A stretch of DNA of 64,000 bases from the human T2T-CHM13v2.0 reference genome, Homo sapiens. Each line of letters opens with the position of its first letter. Within the stretch, counting starts at the first letter, position 1. Of this stretch, positions 29,647 through 40,423 are shown one piece after another. The translations under genes and the position numbers were made by a program. The stretch lies in assembly GCF_009914755.1 (NCBI RefSeq), contig NC_060934.1; one strand, 5' to 3'. The notes under the pieces were generated by a model. It had not been told where the DNA came from and did not search any database. It saw only the letters and a list, made by a program, of their open reading frames with translations.

Positions 29647-30804
29647 GTAAGCACTCCATGTTTCATTAGAAGATAGGAATATGAGAAAGAAAAATGCAAT
29701 TCAACTTTAAATGCAATTCAAAATTAAAATAAGTTACGTTTTAGAAAATATTAGTGGCCCAAGAAGAGACCATTCTGTTTAGAGGTTTGCTTCCCGTTAG
29801 AGTCTGTGTTTTGCAGAAAAAGTACTTATTCAGTAGTTACAGTGACAGAGCATCTGTCTTCACCAAGTTCATGAGCACCAGCTGCTCTGATCTCACATCA
29901 AGGCAGGACTAGATGCATAGTGTGAGCATCCTTGTAGCTCAGCTTGCCTCTACTACAAACCTCCATGAAGCCTCACAGCGGGAGACGAATCGCAGGGTGA
30001 TTCTGGGTCTGCTTCCCGCTTCTAAAATGAGTTCTCTGTGTCAGGTGCTGGTGTGCACAGGTCTGGCTAAGAAATTAATGTGCTCCCTAGAGCCAAGGGC
30101 ATTTAACAGAATGTACTGGGAATAAGAAAGGAAAAAATATGGGTCTACAAGGAGTTCTTGGGGAAAGCGTAACACATTTTTGCAATCTAGAATCTGTTAC
30201 ATATAATTATAGTATTTAACAAATTAAGCATGATATTTTATTGACGGAAAATTCAAAATAATTAGTTTTTTCTATGCAAAGATTAACATTTATGTTTAAA
30301 TGGGAAACTATAGATTTAAAGAATGTCTTCCTTTCTGATTTGTGAATATTCAGTATTTTACTATTTTAGAAATACGAACTTATAAAAGCACAAGCCATTC
30401 TTCCTTAGATACTTTATTTTTGGAATAGTTTCAGAATAAATTACGAATGTCATCTTCTTTAAAGTATTTACTGTTCTTGATGATTTTTTCAACAATGGCA
30501 TTCTTGTTCCAGTAGTTAGGCAGCTAATACTTTCAAAAACTGTTGTAAGCCTATAAACCAGAAATGAGAGCGCTGCAGCTCCCTGTGGTGGCTGAAAGCT
30601 GCTGCTTCTCCAAGCCTTGAGAACACTCTCAGCCCCCTTCAACTTTTATAATTTCAGGGTCATGGTAAAGTACCTTGTCTTGTGTAAATTCTAAACATGT
30701 TATTTGACTGGAATTTTTCATTTCAAGAGTATATTGATCAACCCCCATGCTTTATTGTTTGATTGAAAACTTTTGTCTCACTTTTGTCCGGATTTCTTCC
30801 ACAG

Positions 30805-30870
30805 TGACATAAAGAAACTGTTGCTTGATCCAGAATTCACTCTCTTGCAGAGGTGCCTGCTTGTTTCAAG
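30805..30870 (+). CDS. WDR11: WDR11 exon 22 (DIKKLLLDPEFTLLQRCLLVSR)
   Basis: ccacag| ... AG|gtaata; 66 nt. Confidence 0.95.
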
Positions 30871-31602
30871 GTAATATTGTTTGATGTATTCTGTATAAGA
30901 GACAGGATTTCAAGTTAACTCATTTCTTTTAAGGGTTTTTAGTTAGAAACACTTAGATTTTAGAAAAATGTATCAGTTCATCCTTTAGATTTAACTTAAA
31001 ATAATTTTGACAGTAGTAATAACAAATAGGGAAAAATCAAATTGCATTTTAAATGTGAGATCTAGGCCTTCTCTCTGGAAAGCACTTCCTCCTACAGCTT
31101 TTTAAAATATGTGTTTTAAAATATCAGATACAGGTATATTTAAATATACCAATAAATTATATTTAGAAGCGATAACCTCTATATCCTGACTTACAGTAGA
31201 GTTTGTCACTTATAAAAAAGACTCCTCTCCCCACAGAATAAATAGCACATTACTTTCATACCTTATCTAGCCAGTTATCCCAGAGGAACTTCTTCCTAAT
31301 GTGAATCAATGGCCCACATTGAAAGGTGTGCTAATGGCAAACCAGGTAAATAATTGTTCTTAACACAGAACAGAAAGATGCTGGAGTCTGAAGGGGTCCT
31401 GTGCAGTCAGGCCCCCGTATTGTTGAAGGCCCAGTAGCAGGGCAGGAGAACTTGCTGCCTCCCCCTTTCACCCTGTCAGGCCCCATGCCAGTATCCCAGT
31501 GGATATGTGACAACACTCCCTTCCAGTCCCTCAGTCTACTCTAGGAAGCCATCCAGGCCAGGTGTGCTGAGTGCAGTCAAAACTTTGCTTCATCCTTGCC
31601 AG

Positions 31603-31780
31603 GCTCTATGGTGATGAATCGGAGCTGCACTTCTGGACTGTCGCTGCCCACTACCTGCACAGCTTATCCCAGGAAAAGTCAGCCAGCACAACAGCTCCTA
31701 AAGAAGCTGCTCCTCGAGACAAACTGAGCAACCCACTGGATATATGCTATGACGTGCTCTGTGAAAATGCCTACTTTCAG
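31603..31780 (+). CDS. WDR11: WDR11 exon 23 (LYGDESELHFW...CENAYFQ)
   Basis: tgccag| ... CAG|gtagtc; 178 nt. Confidence 0.95.
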
Positions 31781-31904
31781 GTAGTCTGCTTCACACAGCA
31801 AAACCTTTAGAGCTGTCATCTTGATTACTTATATCTTTGTCAATATCTTAAACTTGGGAAACTTTCAAACTAAGTTACTGTTCAGTAATAGAAATAAGCC
31901 CTTG

Positions 31905-32122
<218 letters not shown>

Positions 32123-32594
32123 TCAAGATTTGAAAAGCTCATAGACAGTTACTGCGTTGTTTACTAAACATTAAAATTTTATTATTAAACAGGCTTGTTT
32201 AATTTGTCTTACATTTTTAACTTGGCTTCATTTTAATTCTGTCATTAATTTCCTATAAATAACAAATACTTTATACACTTGGTTTGAATTTGCTGTTCAC
32301 ATGATAATTTCTTTAACCTCCTGCAGAATCCTTCAGTGCACATAGGTTTTTCATCCGGCTCTACTTAAGTGTCAGTTTCTGTAGGCAGGCAGGTATGCAT
32401 CCAAGTGATAATATCTATCAACATTTTTGCTGTTCAAATTCTTATTAAATGTTTGGGGTGCTGTAAAGTTGATTATCTAGTAACCTGAAAAGTCAAAGTA
32501 GTTTATTAAAATGATCTTATTAAGTACAGTAAAATTTAAATAATTCCAAACTCTTATAATCCAGGCTTAATTTTTCTTTTTTTTCCAATTCTAG

Positions 32595-32690
32595 AAATTT
32601 CAGCTAGAAAGGGTTAATCTACAGGAAGTGAAACGGTCAACTTATGATCATACAAGGAAATGTACAGACCAGCTACTGCTCTTGGGTCAA
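32595..32690 (+). CDS. WDR11: WDR11 exon 24 (KFQLERVNLQEVKRS...LLLLGQ)
   Basis: ttctag| ... CAA|gtatgt; 96 nt. Confidence 0.95.
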
Positions 32691-33193
32691 GTATGTCAGT
32701 TTTTATAACTCTACATGCTTCATTAAATTGCTAGTTAATTCGTATTTCAGAGCAATATATCTGTATGTATATATTTCATAATATTTTCCCCTTGTATGTA
32801 CCTCCTTCCCTGTAGACAGTTTAGGCTTTCTTTCAAAATAATACCAATAAACCTCATGAGAAAAAACATATGGTTAACCAGCTTGTAATTTAGACTTCCA
32901 TAATGCCCAGTGGAGCCCAGCTATTTGTTTTGTTTTGTTTTTGTGTCTGAATTGACTGGTACAAAGCTAAAATAGGCAATTACTCGAGCACCTAGATACA
33001 CCAGCCTCTGGCTTTATGTTTGTCTCAAAAAAGTAGTGTAGCACCTCTGTTTAATGTTTGTATTTGTAAACAAAATATTCAATTGCATTTTTTGAAAATG
33101 AGTGTTTTCCTTTAGTTTTCTACCTTATGAATTTTAAAAAGTTATGTTGGAGGAAAATGTTCTCATAATTAGAAAAACCGTTTCTCTTACTAG

Positions 33194-33359
33194 ACAGACA
33201 GAGCTGTGCAGTTGCTGTTGGAAACAAGTGCAGATAACCAGCATTATTACTGTGATTCACTGAAAGCCTGTTTAGTCACTACTGTCACCTCGTCAGGCCC
33301 CTCTCAGAGCACCATTAAGTTGGTGGCAACGAATATGATTGCCAATGGCAAATTGGCAG
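33194..33359 (+). CDS. WDR11: WDR11 exon 25 (TDRAVQLLLETSAD...NGKLA)
   Basis: tactag| ... GCAG|gtaagg; 166 nt. Confidence 0.95.
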
Positions 33360-33866
33360 GTAAGGCACACTTGATATGTTTGTCATCTCTCTGAAAAATG
33401 AGACCTTGTTCCCAGCAAAGTATCTGATTAGTAGGGACATTTCTTTCTCTTTTACATATGCTGAAGAAAAATAGAAAAATTATTGCTACCTATAAATCAG
33501 ATGAATATAATTGTCTAAACCAGAATTAATTGTTTACACTTTTCAGAGTGAAAGGGGGCACTGTTAATAATTGCCGAGATAATAGGCATAAATCCAACAA
33601 TCCTAGGCAAATCAGAACAATAAAACCTGTGAGAGAACTATGCTCTCCCTACTTATTCTCCAGACTGTATTGTGCTTCCTACCCTGGTTACTTGAGTAAT
33701 AACAGTAAAACTCTTAATATTATGTTTCAAAATTTAAATCAAGAATGTCTTCAGTAGGTATAAAATGGGCACGACTAGATAAGGTCAAATGGGGATTTAA
33801 CTTTTTAATGACTTCTCAAAGAAGGAGCTGCAGTGTCACTTAAGGGGATGCGCTTTTGTCTTTCAG

Positions 33867-33964
33867 AGGGCGTTCAGTTGCTCTGCCTGATAGATAAGGC
33901 TGCAGACGCCTGCCGCTACCTGCAGACATACGGCGAGTGGAATCGGGCTGCATGGCTGGCAAAA
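33867..33964 (+). CDS. WDR11: WDR11 exon 26 (EGVQLLCLIDKAAD...AAWLAK)
   Basis: tttcag| ... AAA|gtaggt; 98 nt. Confidence 0.95.
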
Positions 33965-34423
33965 GTAGGTGGTTCCAAGTTTCAATAGGTGCCCTCAACA
34001 TTTGGGATAGAAAGCTCAGTCCTGAACTTTGGACTTATGACTTAGAAACATTTTTTGGCCTGCAAAGCTGCTTTGCAAATACTGTCTTGGAACCTTTATC
34101 CTTTTCCTATTCTTTATGAGTGTAAATTGCATTACTTATTTAAAAATGGATCTTGCATTGGTAGCAATTAAGTAAAAGCAGCTGCCTCCTCTTTCTCCCA
34201 GAGTCTGAGCCGAAACTACAGTCCAGAGGTATAGCCAGGCCCTGGGTCCCGTAGGCACAGACCGTTATCATTATTCAGAGTATGCAGCAGCTTCAGGGCA
34301 GTGTGCTAGTCAAGCAGAGCCTAGCCTGTATTTCATAGAAACAGATCTCACTTTAACTGAATTATTATTTTTTCTTTATAGAGTGCAGGATGTTTTTGTT
34401 GTTAACACAGGCGTCTTTCTCAG

Positions 34424-34569
34424 GTCCGTTTGAATCCTGAGGAGTGTGCCGATGTTTTAAGGCGGTGGGTTGACCACCTTTGTTCTCCACAAGTCAATCA
34501 GAAATCAAAGGCTCTCCTGGTTCTCCTCTCTCTGGGCTGCTTTTTTAGCGTGGCAGAGACGCTTCACAG
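34424..34569 (+). CDS. WDR11: WDR11 exon 27 (VRLNPEECADVLRRW...AETLHS)
   Basis: tctcag| ... AG|gtaaac; 146 nt. Confidence 0.95.
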
Positions 34570-35323
34570 GTAAACCGAGAGTTCACATGGGCTGCTCAGG
34601 CCTGCCCGTGAGCAGTCACTTCATGTTCTCTCGCGGTTCTAGCAGGTCATGGTACTCGATGTGTAAAGTGAAAGGAGAAGTATACATTTCAGGTTTGTCA
34701 AAAAACCCAAAGGAGAATGGAACTGTCCGTATTCATTACATCTTCATTCGGTCTAGGAGCTATGCTAGTTTCCTACTAATATGCTGATCAGACCTAACAG
34801 GCACCTAGTAAAAGGGAATTTAAAAGTCTTCAGAGAATTGGGGTCCATTCAGCTTTGACTAGAGCAACTGAGAGGAGGCCCAGAGAGCAGGGGGAGAGGC
34901 GACAGAAGGCATGGTGAGGTGGAGACATCCCGTCTGAAAATCTGGAAGAGGAACAACCATCACTAATTGTGGAGCATTTCATTTATTCAAAACTAAGGGA
35001 GGTAGATTACGGAAATATGACAAAAGATTACTTGTCAACTCTGGACAGGGGTACATGGGCACTTGTCATATCTCTGTAGATTTTTGTGTATTTAAACTAT
35101 TTCACAATTTTTTAAAGTATTAATTTTAAAAAGCTTGTGTTTGGAGATGTGAGTATTCTTCCCTCCTTTTTTCAACAAACTAGGGCTTAGAAAAGTGCTT
35201 GTATCTTAATGCAGTATGCAGGTTTCCAGGGAAAATGTGTAAATGTCTTTATACCCTTCGATGCTGCTGCCCACCAGTGATGTAAATCACAAAGCATAAC
35301 TCTTGTTTTGTTCTGTTGAGCAG

Positions 35324-35403
35324 CATGAGATACTTTGATAGAGCAGCCTTATTTGTGGAAGCTTGCCTCAAGTATGGAGCATTTGAAGTCACTGAGGACA
35401 CAG
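35324..35403 (+). CDS. WDR11: WDR11 exon 28 (MRYFDRAALFVEACLKYGAFEVTEDT)
   Basis: gagcag| ... ACAG|atatcctt (U12 donor); 80 nt. Confidence 0.94.
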
Positions 35404-37115
35404 ATATCCTTTGCAAGGTTGTTTGTAGTGACGAGGAAGAAAGTGACATGCATGGGTTTTGGAATTTCCCTTAGTTGTGCTGCCTGGACAGGAACTATAT
35501 TATATTGTGAAAGATCCATGTTCTGATTTTCTGATTCACCAAAGCCAGGAAAGAGGGAGAAATTAGAGGACAAAGAATCAGATAAGAAGGTGGCTGCACC
35601 ATGGGTGTCAGCTTTGACTAGGATGGAGGGAGGCAGGAAGGACTATAGAGGACAGGGCCCCCAAGTCTTGTCTGAACTTAAAAAGAAGATGAAGGAATGA
35701 TTTGGGAAACAGGTAGAAGGACCTGGTACTTTGAAATAGTACTTTTTCAAGACCAGACATTCCATGGAATAAATTTTATATATTTATCTAGAAAAAATAT
35801 ACTGGAATAACTAAAAAAGTCTCACGATCACCTCTAGTGACAATATGATATGGGACAAAATACAGCACTTAAAGAGAGGTGTTGCTCAGGCCAGCCACTA
35901 TAATCCACCCATCAGCCAGAACATTTTATTTCTTCTAAATGGCACTTGAGCAACATTGGTTTCTTTGAAAAGAATGAACTTGAGAATGCAACTCCCAGGA
36001 CCAGAAAAGAATGAAACTGGGCCAGTGCTTGCATGGTCCTGCTGCTGCTCACTGCACTTTGCTTCAAATTCTTACATTTGCTCTCATTTCTACATGGCAG
36101 GTACTTGGTTCTCTCTCTCTTTCTCCCTCTTTCTCTGTGTGTGTTTATAATTTTTTTTTTTTTTTTAACAGAGAATTAAAACTAAACTAAAAATTTTTTT
36201 TTTCCTTTTTTTGAGGTAAGGTCTCACTCTTCTGCCCAGACTGGAGTGAGTGGCACGATCATGGCTCACTACAGCCTTGACTTCCTGGGCTCAAGCAGTC
36301 CTCCCACCTCATCCTCCCCAGTAGCTGGGACCATAGGTCCACACCATTGTGCCTGGCTTTTTTTTTTTTTTTGGTAGTAACCCGGGTCTCACTATGTTGC
36401 CCAGGCTGGTCTTGAACTCCTAGTTCAAGCAGTCCTCTCACCTTGGCCTCCCAAAGTGCTGAGATTACAGGCATGAGCCACCCAGCCCTGCACTGAAAGT
36501 TTTTTAAAATTAAACTGAAGGCTGAGCCTACTCAAGATCATGTACCTAGTCACTGGGAAGGTGACTGGTTCAGTGTATGCATTTTGAGGATCAAAGCATC
36601 AGCACAGAGTACCCAATAGGCTGTTTAAAAAAATAAAAATAAATAAAAAAAAACCAATAGGACAGGGCTTTCTAAAAACCCAACAACCAGATATAGGGAA
36701 CATTCAGAAATAAATATCTGCCCCCAAACTGCCAGCCTCTCAGACTTTCAAATGGAATGAGGATATGCAGGTTAAGTTTCTCCTCTCTTATCATTCATCT
36801 TCCAATCTTCAGTTGAGTGTAGGTTATGGGAGAATCTGGGAGGATGTTGGTTGGGTCTTCTGGAAGGAGAAGCTTTGGACTCAGCTGGTACGAAAGGTAA
36901 TGATGGTACAGACTGAGACATGGCCTACTATGGCCGGGAATCACCCTCTGCCCGCGAAAAGTCTCCTGTGTTCATCCTGTGCTGCCCGCTGTGGACACCA
37001 GGTCCCTTCCGAGCAGCCAGCAGAGCAGACGCGACTCACCCTTCCTGCTTCTGGGAGCCTGTGAAGAGTCTCATCACAGCCCTTTTTACTCTTCTTTTCC
37101 TTAACTATGGTTTAC
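35404..37115 (+). other. WDR11: U12-type (minor spliceosome) AT-AC intron, last intron of WDR11
   Basis: 5' end ATATCCTTT; branch site TTCCTTAAC at 37097-37105; 3' end TTTAC; splicing gives ACA G|AG AAA = T-E-K in frame. Confidence 0.95.
36194..36490 (-). mobile_element. AluJ inside the U12 intron
   Basis: AluJ-type ggctcaagcagtcctcccacctc and cactatgttgcccaggct. Confidence 0.85.
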
Positions 37116-37273
37116 AGAAACTCATCACTGCTATATATGCAGATTATGCCCGGAGTTTGAAGAACCTCGGTTTTAAGCAGGGAGCAGTTCTCTTTGCTTC
37201 AAAAGCCGGAGCAGCTGGCAAAGACTTATTGAATGAGCTTGAGTCCCCCAAGGAAGAACCCATTGAAGAGTGA
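37116..37273 (+). CDS. WDR11: WDR11 terminal exon 29, coding part (EKLITAIYADYARS...KEEPIEE*)
   Basis: Follows the AC acceptor; TGA at 37271-37273. Confidence 0.95.
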
Positions 37274-38062
37274 CAGCTTAATAAATGCCAGGGAATCTGA
37301 CCTGGAAGGCAGATGGGAGGGGGCTGGTCTGGCTGTGGCCACCGTCACAGTCCAGGATGAAGAGGAGTACAGGGTCCTGTGAGCTGTTTGACCACTGTTC
37401 TAAGACTATGTGTGCCCAAAAGCACATAAGCATCTATGTTGAGAGTAAGTTTGTATCCTGCGTTGGTCTCAGAAAGAACGTGAATGCTTAAGATTTTGAA
37501 AGTACATAATATTTTATACTTTGGGAGAGAGCTTTAAGAGTCCCTGGAAATACTTTTTAATTTTTTTAACTTAAAATTCAAGAGACTGAATCACTTTTCT
37601 CATTGATTAAATGTAAAGATTATTGAGAAACCTATAGTAAATGAAATTTGTGAGATGTTTTCTCAAATATATGCTGTGCCTGTACTTATATACAGTCTTT
37701 CAAGAGAGATACAAACAAGGCAGAAACATTTAAACTAGTATTAAAGGTAGTTTACCAAAGCATTTTTTGTTTTCTTACCTTGAAAACACAGAACCGTTAA
37801 TTCCTTGGTTTAAGCAGTTGCTAAGTTTTGTAATTTTAGGCTCAGAGGACCATAGGAGGTTTTAAGATTTATGTTTAGTCCGATAGGTGAGGTCTTTGAT
37901 ATTTTGAATTTTAACTCCTTTTATGATACATCACAGTAACCTCATTTTTGAAGTCTTTCTTTGTACTTTAATGTTCTCTCTGTTCTAATAGTTGAAGTAT
38001 GAGATGTAACTATTATAAACTGTTGCTGAAAACATAAATGTCTGTAACTTACAAACATGATA

Positions 38063-38100
38063 AATAAATTAAAAATTCCATCCAGGCCTTTGTGTTCTCT
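38063..38100 (+). terminator. WDR11: WDR11 distal polyadenylation signal
   Basis: Overlapping AATAAA (38063-68) and ATTAAA (38068-73), upstream TGTA elements, downstream GT/T-rich ttgtgttctct. Confidence 0.8.
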
Positions 38101-38527
38101 GCATTGCTGTGCATGAGGCCAGGTCATGAGGTGGCTCCTTAGGAGTCATCTGGTCGCCCAGCCTCTAAAGCCTGGCTGCTCCTGCTGTATCCAGAGAAAC
38201 CTGTATGTGGGAATCCCATGGGTGCGGTACAGGGCAGGAAGGACACCCACACCCCGGGCAAGTCTACCTCTGAGTTCCCGAGTGGGAATGTGGCTTAGTG
38301 CACAGCTTTTGGAGATGAGGGGGTGAGCACTTCCATCTTTTCCCTCCTGAGCCTGCTGGGTGACACATCATACCCACTAAGAGGTACAATTTTTAAAGAG
38401 AAGCATAGCCTCTTTCTACCGTTAGACCAACCAGTCTGACACCCTCTGCCAAGGAACTGAGCTCCATGGAAAGGAAGGCCTGTCCCAGGAATATTTGTCC
38501 GTAGCTCGGTGCTTTGGCGAGCAGTTC

Positions 38528-39063
38528 TGTGTCTGGAGTTGGTTCCTTCCGGTGGGTTCTTGGTCTCGCTGACTTCAAGAATGAAGCCACAGACCTTCAC
38601 GGTGAGTGTTACAGCTCTTAAAGGTGGCACGGACCCAAAGAGTGAGCAGCAGCAAGATTTATTGTGAAGAGCGAAAGAACAAAGCTTCCACAGCATGGAA
38701 GGGGACCCAAGCAGGTTGCCACTGCTGGCTGGGATGGCCAGCTTTTATTCCCTTATTTGCCCCTGACCACATCCTGCTGATTGGTCCATTTTACAGAGTG
38801 CTGATTGGTGCGTTCACAATCCTTTAGCTAGACACAGAGCACTGATTGGTGCGTTTTTTTACGGAGTGCTGATTGGTGCATTTACAATCCTTTGGCTAGA
38901 CACAGCACTGACTGGTGCATTTTTACGGAGTGCTGATTGGTGCATTTACAATCCTTTAGCTGGACACAGAATGCTGATTGGTGCATTTACAATCCTTTAG
39001 CTAGACAGAAACGTTCTCCAAGTCCCCACTCAACCCAGGAAGTCCAGCTGGCTTCACCTCTCA
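38528..39063 (-). mobile_element. LTR12-family (ERV9) short solo LTR, LTR12F/LTR12-like
   Basis: tgtgtctggagttgg...cttcacctctca; 4-bp TSD GTTC on both sides; six ATTGG (CCAAT) repeats. Confidence 0.9.
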
Positions 39064-39227
39064 GTTCTAGAAGAAATTCAGGATCCATTATTGGTCCCAT
39101 ACCTGGCTCGTGTTTCCTGTCCTTTCTTTGCCTAGACACACAGCAGTAGACTTTCTAAAGGCCACATGCAAACGCCGCTTTCTTTACATTGTTTATTATT
39201 TGTCCAGATTTCTTTATTCAACCATTC

Positions 39228-39517
39228 TCTTAGCTTTGGCTGCTATAACCAAATACAGAGACTGAGTAGCTTAAACAACAGACATTTATCTCTCATAATT
39301 CTAGAGGCTGGCGGTCCGAGACCAAGATGCCAGCAGATTTGTTCCTGGTGAGGAACTTCCTGGCTTGTAGAGCGCCGCCTTCTCGCTACGTACTCATGTG
39401 GCCTTTCCTCTGTGTATGCACGTGAAGCAAGCAGGCTGTCTGTCTTCCCCTTATATAGGCCCTAATCCCATCATGGGGTCAACCTCAGCCTAATTACCTC
39501 CAAAAGGCTGAACCCTC
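39228..39517 (-). mobile_element. MLT1A-type MaLR LTR, left part (continues at about 45565-45610 after the L1)
   Basis: ggctgctataacc...gcttaaacaacagacatttat...taattacctccaaaaggc, resuming aaatactatcacactgg...gcttcaacatgtgaatt. Confidence 0.75.
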
Positions 39518-40423
39518 GAGGGAGGAGCCAAGATGGCCGAATAGGAACAGCTCCGGTCTACAGCTCCCAGCCTGAGTGACGCAGAAGACGGGTGATTTCT
39601 GCATTTCCATCTGAGGTACCAGGTTCATCTCACTAGGGAGTGCCAGACAGTCGGCGCAGGTCAGTGGGTGCGTGCACCGTGCGCGAGCCGAAGCAGGGCG
39701 AGGCATTGCCTCACCTGGGAAGCGCAAGGGGTCAGGGAGTTCCCTTTCTGAGTCAAAGAAAGGGGTGACGGACAGCACCTGGAAAATCGGGTCACTCCCA
39801 CCCGAATACTGCGCTTTTCCGACGGGCTTAAAAAATGGCGCACCACGAGATTATATCCCGCACCTGGCTCGGAGGGTCCTACCCCACGGAGTCTCCCTGA
39901 TTGCTAGCACAGCAGTCTGAGATCAAACTGCAAGGCGGCAGCGAGGCTGGGGGAGGGGCGCCCGCCATTGCCCAGGCTTGCTTAGGTAAACAAAGCAGCC
40001 GGGAAGCTCGAACTGGGTGGAGCCCACCACAGCTCAAGGAGGCCTGCCTGCCTCTGTAGGCTCCACCTCTGGGGGCAGGGCACAGACAAACTAAAAGACA
40101 GCAGTAACCTCTGCAGACTTAAATGTCCCTGTCTGACAGCTTTGAAGAGAGCAGTGGTTCTCCCAGTACGCAGCTGGAGATCTGAGAACAGGCAGACTGC
40201 CTCCTCAAGTGGGTCCCTGACCCCTGACCCCCGAGCAGCCTAACTGGGAGGCACCCTCCAGCAGGGGCACACTGACACCTCACACTGCAGGGTACTCCAA
40301 CAGACCTGCAGCTGAGGGTCCTGTCTGTTAGAAGGAAAACTAACAAACAGAAAGGACATCCACACCAAAAAACCATCTGTACATCACCATCATCAAAGAC
40401 CAAAAGTAGATAAAACCACAAAG

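Noticed and set aside
36920-37273. 117-aa ORF with a good Kozak ATG, in frame with exon 29
   Set aside because: The upstream part is intronic, crossing the branch site and pyrimidine tract; no promoter evidence; explained by the real terminal exon
38775-39010. Regularly spaced repeats resembling a CRISPR array
   Set aside because: These are the internal CCAAT-containing tandem repeats of LTR12; no unique spacers, eukaryotic context
39661-39846. 61-aa ORF resembling L1 ORF0
   Set aside because: Starts at GTG downstream of the frameshift; the true ORF0 frame terminates after 28 codons
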